NCBI GenBank assembly: GCA_021155885.1
Contig: JAJNBB010000002.1
Location: 2,929-66,928, forward strand
Reading direction: 5' to 3'
Source: Fibrobacteria bacterium
GTDB taxonomy: Bacteria; Fibrobacterota; Fibrobacteria; UBA11236
Length of the DNA: 64,000 nt
In this document: piece after piece, positions 22,219 to 30,895 of the stretch
Layout: each line of letters starts with the position of its first letter
Numbering within the stretch: position 1 is the first letter of the stretch
Translations under genes and position numbers: made by a program
The notes under the pieces: model-generated
The model's database searches: none
Seen by the model: the letters and a program-made list of their open reading frames with translations, nothing else
Told to the model about the DNA's origin: nothing

Positions 22219-22242
22219 GGGCGCAAGGCATTGCGCCCCTAC
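22219..22242 (-). repeat. GTAG-type REP
   Basis: Minus strand GTAGGGGCGCAATGCCTTGCGCCC; its TAG is the stop of the 22239-23552 gene. Confidence 0.75.
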
Positions 22243-23552
22243 TCCCCGCACGACCCGAATAGAGTGCCCGGCGTAGCCCCCGCCTCTCCCGTCGCGGAGC
22301 GCGGAGGCACCTGGCACCAGGCTTCCGCCGCGCGGCGCGCGGCCAGGTGCGAGGGCTTCAACGACGTCACCTTTCCCGTAGCGATGCGCGCCGACACCGC
22401 GTCCGAGGCGGACGTGGTATAGGTCAAGGTATCCAGCCTCAACGCGCCCGAACCGGCGGCGGGGCAATTGAACTCCAGCCTCGCCGACGTATTGGTCAAG
22501 GTCAGCGGGGAAAGAAGCATGCGCACGTCGGCGAAGGCCACCGCGCTGCGCCCCACCACCAGCCCCCGCGCCGGGGCCACCACCGTCCCCGCCGGCAGCA
22601 CCGTCACCATCCCCGTCGAGGTTCCGGCATCGCGCAGGATCTGGCAGCCGGAAACGTCCAAAGTGTCCGACATGCGGTTGAACAGTTCCAGCCATTCCCC
22701 GGTATCGCCTGAATCCTCGGCCGCCGGAATCGGGTAGAGCTCCGAGAACACGACCTCCCCGAAAGCGGCGGGCGCGCGCCGGCCCGCCGTGAAATGAAAG
22801 GTCAGGGAGGTGGTCTTCGGCTCCCCAACCGTCATCGCGATCTGCAACTGCGGAAACGTGGTGACCAGGGGCATGACGAGAGCCACGTTCTGTCCCTTGG
22901 GAACGTGGACCCCGGCCTTCGACGCCTTCGCCAGCGTGTCCCCCGCTACGCCCCACAAGGCCAGGGAGACCGCGTAATCCCGGTCGCCGGGAACGCGGTC
23001 CAGGCGGAAGTTGCGCAGCTCCCCGTTTACCGTGGGCGCGGCCGACAAGGTGTCGGATTCGTTCCATACCACCAGCCGTCCGCCCGCCACCGTTTTGGGA
23101 AAGTCCAGGGGGATGTGGATGCTGGCCGAGAGCCCCGAAAATTCGGGAAGACAATGCAGCACGAGGGAATTCTTGCGGTCGGTGTACAGCGTCGCCGTGG
23201 CCTCGCCCGCGTACAAAAGCTTCCGTTGGCCGTAGAGCCGCACCTCGAAGCGCCGGTTTTCTCCCGCCGTCAGGTCCGACAGGGCCACCGTCGCCGAAGC
23301 CCCCGCGAACCCGAACTCCGCCGCCGCCATGTCCGGCGCCGTCACCCGGATGTGGATGGAATCCGTGGCGGGCGCCGCCCCGGATTTGGCCGCGCCCGAC
23401 TTGGCCAGGGCCGCCGCATGGATCCGGATTTCCACGGAAACCCCGGCCGCCGGGGAGGGATCCGTCCCGCGGCCTCCGGAAAACAAGCATCCCGATCCCA
23501 TCACCACCACCATCGCCATCACGCCCGCGCTCAACAAAAATTTCGTTTTCAT
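22239..23552 (-). CDS. Lipoprotein with lamin-tail (LTD)-like domain
   Basis: Lipobox GSGC; VVFSELYP..GEWLELFN..LDVSGCQI. Confidence 0.7.
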   Translation of the reverse strand: MKTKFLLSAGVMAMVVVMGSGCLFSGGRGTDPSPAAGVSVEIRIHAAALAKSGAAKSGAAPATDSIHIRVTAPDMAAAEFGFAGASATVALSDLTAGENRRFEVRLYGQRKLLYAGEATATLYTDRKNSLVLHCLPEFSGLSASIHIPLDFPKTVAGGRLVVWNESDTLSAAPTVNGELRNFRLDRVPGDRDYAVSLALWGVAGDTLAKASKAGVHVPKGQNVALVMPLVTTFPQLQIAMTVGEPKTTSLTFHFTAGRRAPAAFGEVVFSELYPIPAAEDSGDTGEWLELFNRMSDTLDVSGCQILRDAGTSTGMVTVLPAGTVVAPARGLVVGRSAVAFADVRMLLSPLTLTNTSARLEFNCPAAGSGALRLDTLTYTTSASDAVSARIATGKVTSLKPSHLAARRAAEAWCQVPPRSATGEAGATPGTLFGSCGE

Positions 23553-23648
23553 CGTGTCCTCCCGGTTGAATTGACCGGGGCATAACCTAGCGGGAAAACG
23601 GTTCGCGCGTCGTGACCGCCGTCACCCGCGCCGAGCTACATTTAGGGC

Positions 23649-24434
23649 ATGCGCATCCGCTTTTTCGGCACCGGGACCTCGCACGGAGTCCCCGTCATTG
23701 GCTGCCGATGCCCTGTTTGTACCTCCCGTGATCCCCGGAACAAACGGAACCGTACGGGAGTTTGGCTGAGTGACGACGGTCACTCCATCGCCCTCGACGT
23801 TTCGGTGGATTTCCGTCAGGGCGCCCTGCGGCACGGCATGGACCGCCTGGACGCGGCCCTCATCACCCATGGGCACTCCGACCACATCGGCGGCCTGGAC
23901 GACCTCCGGATCTTCGCCCAGGTGAGCGGGAAGGCCACGGTGCTGTACGGCATGCCCCAAACCTTCGCGGAAATCCGCGAGCGCTTCGCCTATGCCTTCG
24001 CGCCTCCCCGGGAGTACGGCGGCGGGACGCCGCAATACGACCTTCGCCCCGCGGACGGCCCGTTTTCACTGCCCGCTTCCGGTCCAAGCGCGACGGGTAA
24101 CTGGAAGGTTACCCCGCTTCCCGTCCTGCACGGCCCCGAGCCCATCCTCGGATACCGGGTCGACGACTTCGCCTTCATCACCGACGTCACGGAGATCCCG
24201 GATTCCACGATCGCCCTGCTAAAGGGCGTGAAAATCCTGGCGCTCGACTGCCTGCGCGACAAGCCCCATTCGACCCACCTGCATTTCGACAAGGCGGTGG
24301 AGTACGCGCAGCGCATCGGGGCGGAGAAGACCTACTTCATCCACATGACGCACGAGCTGGAGCATGTGGCGACCGAAGCGCGCCTGCCACCCCAGATCCG
24401 GCTGGCCTACGACGGGCTTGAACTCGAGATTTAA
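23649..24434 (+). CDS. MBL-fold metallohydrolase (PhnP-like)
   Basis: GTGTSHGVPVIGCRCPVC, THGHSDHIGG, IHMTH, AYDG. Confidence 0.92.
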   Translation: MRIRFFGTGTSHGVPVIGCRCPVCTSRDPRNKRNRTGVWLSDDGHSIALDVSVDFRQGALRHGMDRLDAALITHGHSDHIGGLDDLRIFAQVSGKATVLYGMPQTFAEIRERFAYAFAPPREYGGGTPQYDLRPADGPFSLPASGPSATGNWKVTPLPVLHGPEPILGYRVDDFAFITDVTEIPDSTIALLKGVKILALDCLRDKPHSTHLHFDKAVEYAQRIGAEKTYFIHMTHELEHVATEARLPPQIRLAYDGLELEI

Positions 24435-24449
24435 GGCGAGACCCGATCC

Positions 24450-25064
24450 GTGAGCCCCGTCCTTTCTGCAGGCCCGTTCTCGGCGTGGCTGCGCGCCGCG
24501 CGCGAGGCGCTGCGCACCGGCGCGGGCGCCGACGTGCCCTGCGGCGACTGCACGGCCTGCTGCGCCTCCTCCTACTTCATCCACGTCCGGCCCGGGGAAA
24601 CGGCGACCTTGGACGCCCTGGGAAAAGACGCGCTGATCGATGCGCCCGGACTGCCCGCCGGGCATAAACTCCTCGGCCATGGAAAGGACGGAACCTGCCC
24701 CAAGCTCGTGGAAAACCGCTGCACGGTCTACGCCCATCGCCCGCAAACCTGCCGCGCCTATGATTGCCGCGTGTTCGCCGCCGCCGGCATCCTGGAAAGC
24801 CCGGACAAGCCGCGCATCAACGCGCGCGTGGAACAATGGCGGTTCGACTACCCCACCCCGCGCGACCGCGAGGAACACGAGGCCGTCCGGTCGGCCGCCC
24901 GCTTCATTACAAACAATGCAGGCTTGTTTCCGGAGGGCCGCATCCCCGGCACGCCCAGCCAGCTCGCCGTCCTGGCGATGAAGGTCCACGGCGTTTTCCT
25001 GGAGCCCCCGCGCGTCCCGGCCGAAACCGCCCGCCGCATCGTGGAAGCGTCGCGGGCACCTTGA
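24450..25064 (+). CDS. YkgJ-family cysteine cluster protein
   Basis: CGDCTACC, CPKL..CTVYAHRPQTCRAYDC. Confidence 0.85.
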   Translation: MSPVLSAGPFSAWLRAAREALRTGAGADVPCGDCTACCASSYFIHVRPGETATLDALGKDALIDAPGLPAGHKLLGHGKDGTCPKLVENRCTVYAHRPQTCRAYDCRVFAAAGILESPDKPRINARVEQWRFDYPTPRDREEHEAVRSAARFITNNAGLFPEGRIPGTPSQLAVLAMKVHGVFLEPPRVPAETARRIVEASRAP

Positions 25065-25096
25065 GAGGTTGGGCCGCCCCGATTACGTTGGCGGCC

Positions 25097-25660
25097 ATGA
25101 AAACCATTTACTACACCGCCGCCACTTTGGACGGTTTCCTGGCCGATCCGGACAATTCCCTCGAGTGGCTCTTTCAATTCCAGCCGCCCGGCGGCGAAGA
25201 CCACTATGAAGCCTTCGTGCAGCACGTGGGCGCCCTCGCGATGGGCTCCACGACCTACGACTGGCTGTTGAACCACGAAATCTTCCCCGAGGGCGGCGCG
25301 CCCAAGCCCTGGTTTTATGCCCAGCCTTCCTGGGTCTTTTCCTCGCGCTCCCTGCGGGTCGTCGCAGGCGCGGACATCCGGTTCGTTCAGGGCGATGTGC
25401 GTCCCGTGCACGCGGAAATGCTGAAGGCGGCCGCCGGCAAAAATTTATGGATCGTCGGGGGCGGCGAACTGGCGGGACAATTTTACGATCACGGCTTGCT
25501 GGATGAAATCGTGGTTTCGCTGGCGTCGGTGACGCTCGGCGCGGGCGCGCCGCTGCTGCCGCGCCGCATCGTCGACCCCCCGCTCAAGCTGCTTTCCGCG
25601 CGCCAGTGGGGGGACGGCTTCGCCGTCCTCAAGTACGCTGTGCCGAAGCCGGGGACTTAA
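25097..25660 (+). CDS. Dihydrofolate reductase family (RibD C-terminal) protein
   Basis: ATLDGFLA, MGSTTY, WIVGGG.LAGQF..GLLDE, LGAG.PL. Confidence 0.9.
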   Translation: MKTIYYTAATLDGFLADPDNSLEWLFQFQPPGGEDHYEAFVQHVGALAMGSTTYDWLLNHEIFPEGGAPKPWFYAQPSWVFSSRSLRVVAGADIRFVQGDVRPVHAEMLKAAAGKNLWIVGGGELAGQFYDHGLLDEIVVSLASVTLGAGAPLLPRRIVDPPLKLLSARQWGDGFAVLKYAVPKPGT

Positions 25661-25689
25661 CTCCACGACTTTTGATATTCCCGGATGCG

Positions 25690-25716
25690 TGGGTCCCCGC
25701 CTACGCGGGGATGACC
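25690..25716 (-). repeat. CGTC/GTCATCCCCGC-type REP
   Basis: Minus strand GTCATCCCCGCGTAGGCGGGGACCCA; encodes VIPA and the stop of rmlC. Confidence 0.7.
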
Positions 25717-26261
25717 GTGCGCTTCCACTCCGCGAACGAAGGGTTGGTCTTGTCCCGCTCCGACAAAAGCACGTCGAGCCCCTGGATGGGCCAAGGCACG
25801 TTCAGATCCGGATCGTTCCAGGCGATGCCCGCCTCGGTGGCGGGATTGTAGACGTTCGAGCATTTGTACAAGACCTCGGCCGAGTCCGACAGCACGACGA
25901 AGCCGTGGGCGAAGCCGACGGGCACGTACAGCATGGGGGCTTCGTCGGGCGTCAATTCGACCCCGAAATGCCGGCCGAAGGTGGGGCTTTGGGGACGAAT
26001 GTCCACGGCCACGTCCCAGATGACGCCCGCCGCGCAGCGCACGAGCTTGACCTGGCCGGGAACGGTCTGAAAGTGCAGGCCGCGCAAGGTGCCTTTCGAG
26101 GACTTGCTGTGGTTGTCCTGCACGAACACGGTGTCGATGCCGGCCGCCGCGAAGGTGGCCTGGTTGTAGCTTTCGAGGAAAAAGCCGCGCGCGTCGCGAA
26201 AGACGCGCGGCTTGACGATCAGCAGCCCCTCGAGGGGCGTTTTTTCCACGGTCAGATTCAT
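25701..26261 (-). CDS. rfbC: dTDP-4-dehydrorhamnose 3,5-epimerase
   Basis: DARGFFLE, QDNHS, LRGLHFQ, DVAVDIR, GFAHGF, WNDPDL. Confidence 0.95.
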   Translation of the reverse strand: MNLTVEKTPLEGLLIVKPRVFRDARGFFLESYNQATFAAAGIDTVFVQDNHSKSSKGTLRGLHFQTVPGQVKLVRCAAGVIWDVAVDIRPQSPTFGRHFGVELTPDEAPMLYVPVGFAHGFVVLSDSAEVLYKCSNVYNPATEAGIAWNDPDLNVPWPIQGLDVLLSERDKTNPSFAEWKRTVIPA

Positions 26262-27145
26262 GCCTTCACCGTCTCCTGGATGCCGGATTCTTCTTCGGAT
26301 TTCCGTTTGTCCGCCGCGCGGCGCGAGGGTATCCCCGCGAGGGCCTGCAGCGCGCCGCGGATGAAATCGATCTCGCGCCGGGTGGGGCGCAGGCGCCGCC
26401 ACAGCACCCCGATCTTTTCGCGGCGGACCGATTCCTTGCCGTTTTTGCCCAGATAGCCGGTGCGGTCCAGCGCTTCGACGAAGTCCCCGAGCGCCGCTTC
26501 GGACTCCTCGAGCGTCGACGCGGGGCCGGCGTGCGGGTGGCTCCAGGGCCCGCCCTTGATCTCGTCGCGGGTCAGGTCGTGCAGCACCACCGTCACCGCG
26601 TGCGAAAGGTTCAGGCTCATGTCCTCCGCCGCGAGCGCAATGCGCACCAGATGGGTCATGCACAGGGTTTCCTCGTGCAGCAAGCCTTTCGACTCGCAGC
26701 CGAACACCAAAGCGGTGAGCGGACGGGGAACGGAAGGGTCGGCGGCCGGGCCCGCGAACACGGGCAATTGATGGGCGTGGGGATGATCCTCCGGCAGCGC
26801 GCCTTCCTTGCGCCGGCGCATGTCGCCGAAGTCGAAGAGGCGCTGCGACTTGTCGCGCACGCGGCGCGTGAAGCCGATCGACTGCGCGCAGTCCGCGGTG
26901 GCGGCGGCGACGTCGGGATGATAGGTCGCCCCCTGCAGCACGCTCTCGGCGCCGCAGGTGGTCCAGTAGGCCTTGCTGTCCGCCTCGACGGGGGGAATCC
27001 CGACCAGGCGCAGGTCGCTCAGGCCGTAGGCCTTCATCGAGCGCGCGACGGCGCCGATGTTCATCTGCGTTTCGGGATTCGACAGCACGACCACGAATTC
27101 CGAGGCGGGACGCTCCAAGGGCTGCGTGGGAAAGGGAACGCGCAT
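26258..27145 (-). CDS. SPOUT RNA methyltransferase (TrmJ/LasT-like)
   Basis: NIGAVARSMK.YG, LVFGCESKGL, SLNLSHAV. Confidence 0.9.
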   Translation of the reverse strand: MRVPFPTQPLERPASEFVVVLSNPETQMNIGAVARSMKAYGLSDLRLVGIPPVEADSKAYWTTCGAESVLQGATYHPDVAAATADCAQSIGFTRRVRDKSQRLFDFGDMRRRKEGALPEDHPHAHQLPVFAGPAADPSVPRPLTALVFGCESKGLLHEETLCMTHLVRIALAAEDMSLNLSHAVTVVLHDLTRDEIKGGPWSHPHAGPASTLEESEAALGDFVEALDRTGYLGKNGKESVRREKIGVLWRRLRPTRREIDFIRGALQALAGIPSRRAADKRKSEEESGIQETVKA

Positions 27146-27166
27146 GCAGTCTGCCCCGGGGGGAGC

Positions 27167-28969
27167 CTAAGGCTCGATCCAGCGGCCGTGGGACTTGATC
27201 AGGTTGACCAGCGCCTCGGGAGCCTCGTCCTCGGGGATGTTCTTCTGCACGCATTCACGGCCCACGTACAGGCTCACCTTGTTCGGGGCGCCTCCCACGT
27301 AACCGAAATCCGCGTCCGCCATCTCGCCCGGGCCGTTCACGATGCAGCCCATCACGGCGATGGAAATGTTCTTGAGGTGGGCCGTCTTGCTCCGGATGCG
27401 TTGCGTGGTGCTTTGCAGGTCGAACAGCGTGCGCCCGCAGCCGGGGCAGGCCACGTATTCCGGCTTCGAGCGGCGCACCGCGGCGGCCTGCAGGATGTCG
27501 TAGGCAAGGTTCAGGCCCGCCTTCACGCCCGCCGCGCTTTCGACGTGGATCAGGTCGCCGATGCCGTCGGCCAGCACCGCGCCGAGGCGCGCCGCCGCGC
27601 CCATGTTGCCCGTGGGGCTGCCGTCGGTGTGGTCGCGCAGCACGATCAAATCCTGGCGCTCCTGCCGGTCGAGCCATGCGGCGAGGTGGCGGTAGGCCCC
27701 CGCCAGGTTCGGCAGGAAGGGGTCGCAGGACCACAGCACGTCGCCTTCGGGAATCTCCACGAGATCCAGTTCGGCCAGGTCGCTGATGCAGATCTCCACG
27801 GGCTTTCCGGCCGGCAGCTTCTCCTCGTGGAGCGCGCCCGCGAACACGGGCCAGGTCTCGCCGTTGATCCACTCCGCCTTGCGGTCGCCCTTCGGCAGCG
27901 CTTCGGACCCGGGATTATGCACGCCCACGGCCACGGGCTCGCGGCCCCCGGCGACCAACGCCCCCAGGTTCACCGGACGGGTGTCGCGGCGCTGGTAGCT
28001 GTAAAAGGAAACGCTCTCGGGAAGCTCCGGCACCGCGGGGTAATGCGCCGTGTCGCAAAGCTTCATCAAGGTCTTCGCCACCGGCACCTCGTGCACCGGG
28101 TCCTCGGTGAGCGACACGCGGATGGTGTCCCCGAGGCCGTCGAGCAACAACGCGCCGATGCCCACCGAGGACTTCAGGCGTCCGTCCTCCCCGTCGCCCG
28201 CCTCGGTCACGCCGACGTGGAACGGGTAGGGCTTATGCGCCCCCGCCGCGAGGCGGTGCGCCAGCAGGCGGTAGGCCTGGATGGCCACGCGCGGGTTGCT
28301 GCTTTTCATGCTGAACACGATCTGGTCGAAATCCTCGGCCTCGCACACGCGCAGGTATTCGAGCGCCGATTCCACCATGCCCTCGATGGTGTCGCCGAAC
28401 TTCCACATGATGCGGTCCGACAGCGAGCCGTGGTTCGTGCCGATGCGCAGGGCCACGCCCCGCGCCTTCGCCTCGCGCACCAGCGGCGCGAAGGCGTCGT
28501 ATACCTTCTGCGTCCCGGTCTCGAACGAGGCGTCATCGTATTCCTTCATCTCCCCCGCGGCCTTCGAGTCCACGAAGTTGCCCGGGTTGATGCGCACCTT
28601 CTCCACCCACTTCACCGCTTCGTACGCGGCGCGGGGCTGAAAGTGGATGTCCGCCGAGATCGGGGCGTCGCATCCCGCCGCCCGCACCTTGGCGACGATG
28701 TCGCGGAGGCACTCCGCGTCCTTTTGCGTCGGGGCCGTGATGCGGATCAATTCGCAGCCGGCTTTCCACAATTCCAGCGTCTGGAACGCGGTGGCGTCGA
28801 TGTCCTTGGTGTTCGTCGTCGTCATCGACTGAACCAAAATCGGGTGTCCCCCGCCGATGACGCGGTTGCCCACGCGCACCGGAATCGTCTCCCGGCGTTC
28901 GGGGGCGAACCGGCTCGTTATATAGGGCGGATTATCGGGGAGGATCGCCCCGGCGGTTTTCTGGCTCAT
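27167..28969 (-). CDS. ispG: HMBPP synthase IspG, long three-domain form
   Basis: QSMTTT, ADIHF, RINPGN, GDTIRVSLT, CPGCGRT, MGCIVNGPGE. Confidence 0.96.
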   Translation of the reverse strand: MSQKTAGAILPDNPPYITSRFAPERRETIPVRVGNRVIGGGHPILVQSMTTTNTKDIDATAFQTLELWKAGCELIRITAPTQKDAECLRDIVAKVRAAGCDAPISADIHFQPRAAYEAVKWVEKVRINPGNFVDSKAAGEMKEYDDASFETGTQKVYDAFAPLVREAKARGVALRIGTNHGSLSDRIMWKFGDTIEGMVESALEYLRVCEAEDFDQIVFSMKSSNPRVAIQAYRLLAHRLAAGAHKPYPFHVGVTEAGDGEDGRLKSSVGIGALLLDGLGDTIRVSLTEDPVHEVPVAKTLMKLCDTAHYPAVPELPESVSFYSYQRRDTRPVNLGALVAGGREPVAVGVHNPGSEALPKGDRKAEWINGETWPVFAGALHEEKLPAGKPVEICISDLAELDLVEIPEGDVLWSCDPFLPNLAGAYRHLAAWLDRQERQDLIVLRDHTDGSPTGNMGAAARLGAVLADGIGDLIHVESAAGVKAGLNLAYDILQAAAVRRSKPEYVACPGCGRTLFDLQSTTQRIRSKTAHLKNISIAVMGCIVNGPGEMADADFGYVGGAPNKVSLYVGRECVQKNIPEDEAPEALVNLIKSHGRWIEP

Positions 28970-29065
28970 TGTGATTGAAAAATAGGAAATGAAGCGTTGG
29001 GGGTTGCGAGAATGGCCCCAAAAACCGCCCAGGATTCGCGAAAACACAAAAAAACAACGGTGGCG

Positions 29066-30229
29066 CTAGAGCGGCAGGCGCGGGACGCGCACCTCGGTTT
29101 CGGTTCCCCGGTCCGTTGATTTGATTTTAAAGCGCCCATTCACGGAGGCCGCCCGTTCACGCATGCCTAGGAGTCCAAGACCGGCTCGCCGCTTCCCCTT
29201 GGGCAGAGACCCGGAATCGGAGTCAAAGCCTTTTCCATCGTCGTGAATGACCAGCCGAACGCCATCCACGTGCGTCGACAGCCTTATGCTTACGTGACGC
29301 GCCTTGGCATGCTTCTCCACGTTTCTCAGGGTTTCCTGCAGGATCCGGTAGAGCGCCAGTTCGGTATCGGCGGACAGGCGCGCCGCGAGCTTTACGAACG
29401 CCTCTTTGACGGGAATTCCCGTCCGCTTGCAGAACTCCGCGCTGATGTCCTGAAGGCCCGCCGCCAGGCCCAAGGTATCCAAAACGCTGGGCCGGAGATT
29501 GCGGGAGATGCTCTCCACTTCGTCGACCGTAGCGCCGATCATGGCAGAGAGCTTCAGGGCCGCGGCCTTCGACTTTACATCGCGGGCCGTAAGGCCCTTG
29601 GCAAGCACCTTGCTGTAGATGAGGATACCGCAAAGCATTTGCGTGATCGTGTCGTGCAGTTCATGGGAAAGGCGCACGCGCTCCTCTTCCTGCACCTGCA
29701 ATACCCGATGCGTGAGCGCCCTTAACCGCTCCTCGGACTTGTGGGCGCCCGTCATGTCGGTCACCACCATGCTGAGCGTGGCATCCCCGGAGCCGGTCCG
29801 GGAATCGTGATTCGCGATCGGGCGGATCGAAATATTCACGGGTATCTCCGACCCGCCTCCGACCCGAAGTTTCGCCTGCATCTTGAAGCCCGCCCTGCGG
29901 GGCCGCTTGAGAAGGGACCCGAGCACCGCCCGATCCTCAACGGAAAGAAAACGATGGAAAGGTCCGCCCGTAACCTGCTCGAGAGGATCTTTCACCATCC
30001 GGGCAAAGCACTCGTTGGCGTAGAGAATGGTCTTGTTCGCCGTGAGCGTCAGCGCGCCTTCATTCATGGATTCGATAAGCATCCGGTAGGCGTGCCCTTC
30101 TCCCTCCAGGGTGAAAACCTTGGAACCGTCCTTGCCGGCGACCACCACCGTATCCACCTCGCCCATGCGGATGGCGCGCAGCGCTTCTTCCGCTTCCGCC
30201 AACCGGACGCGGAGCCCGGGTGTTTTCAA
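29066..30229 (-). CDS. Cytoplasmic PAS histidine kinase (HisKA_3, NarX/UhpB type)
   Basis: PAS segment, ERVRLSHELHD, LRPSVLD, QETLRNVEKHA, DDGKGF, GLLGMRER; TTG start overlaps kaiB stop. Confidence 0.9.
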   Translation of the reverse strand: MKTPGLRVRLAEAEEALRAIRMGEVDTVVVAGKDGSKVFTLEGEGHAYRMLIESMNEGALTLTANKTILYANECFARMVKDPLEQVTGGPFHRFLSVEDRAVLGSLLKRPRRAGFKMQAKLRVGGGSEIPVNISIRPIANHDSRTGSGDATLSMVVTDMTGAHKSEERLRALTHRVLQVQEEERVRLSHELHDTITQMLCGILIYSKVLAKGLTARDVKSKAAALKLSAMIGATVDEVESISRNLRPSVLDTLGLAAGLQDISAEFCKRTGIPVKEAFVKLAARLSADTELALYRILQETLRNVEKHAKARHVSIRLSTHVDGVRLVIHDDGKGFDSDSGSLPKGKRRAGLGLLGMRERAASVNGRFKIKSTDRGTETEVRVPRLPL

Positions 30230-30579
30230 GCGGCCGCCTTAGGGGGCGGGATCAGGTCAAGCTCGGCGAACAGTCCGGAAATATTCAGCAGGTTGCCGAT
30301 GAACCGGCGCGCCGGCTTGGGCCGTTCCTTGACAAGGGTCGGCGTGGCAATGATCTGGTTCGCGCGCGCCAACTCGGGCTGCTGATAGATATCGACCACT
30401 TCCAGAACAAAATTGTCCGGAATCTCCGCCTCGCACAAGTGGCGGATCCTGAGCACCGCCTCGCGCGACCGGGTCGTGGCCCCGGCCACGAACAGGCGCA
30501 TGACATACTTTTTGCGAGGCCCCGCGCTCCCGGATTGCGGAGAAGTCCTTGCGACGGGAGGCGTGCGTTTGCGCTTCAT
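30226..30579 (-). CDS. kaiB: KaiB-family protein (second copy)
   Basis: YVMRLFVAG, LEVVDIYQQPELA, IIATPTL..P.PARRFIGNL. Confidence 0.9.
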   Translation of the reverse strand: MKRKRTPPVARTSPQSGSAGPRKKYVMRLFVAGATTRSREAVLRIRHLCEAEIPDNFVLEVVDIYQQPELARANQIIATPTLVKERPKPARRFIGNLLNISGLFAELDLIPPPKAAA

Positions 30580-30583
30580 GGGT

Positions 30584-30895
30584 TCACTCCGGTTTGCCCG
30601 CGAGGCGAAGATCCAGCCCGACCAGGGCCCTTTCCGTATCGGAAAGATTGCCGATGAGCACGCGCACGGGCTTCGGCAATAACCTTACCACCGTGGGAAT
30701 GGCGAGGATCTGGTCGCCTTTGGCCAGCTTGGGATGCTTCCTCAAATCGATCACCCGGATGTGGTAGCGCCCCTTTAGATGGGTTTCGCAAAATTCCTTA
30801 AGATTCGCGAGCGCGATTCCCGATCGGGGCGACTGATCGTTCACATACAGGCGCAATTGCCATTTTTCGACTTGGGCGGTTTTGGCAGGAGTCAT
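30584..30895 (-). CDS. kaiB: KaiB-family protein (first copy)
   Basis: LRLYV, VIDLRKHPKLA..DQILAIPT..LP.PVR.LIGNLS. Confidence 0.92.
   Translation of the reverse strand: MTPAKTAQVEKWQLRLYVNDQSPRSGIALANLKEFCETHLKGRYHIRVIDLRKHPKLAKGDQILAIPTVVRLLPKPVRVLIGNLSDTERALVGLDLRLAGKPE

Noticed and set aside
18752..28978. Long antisense ORFs (e.g. 18752-21427, 26531-28978; also 8357-10099 and 15599-17422 outside this span)
   Set aside because: Shadow frames of high-GC3 genes with no recognisable motifs.
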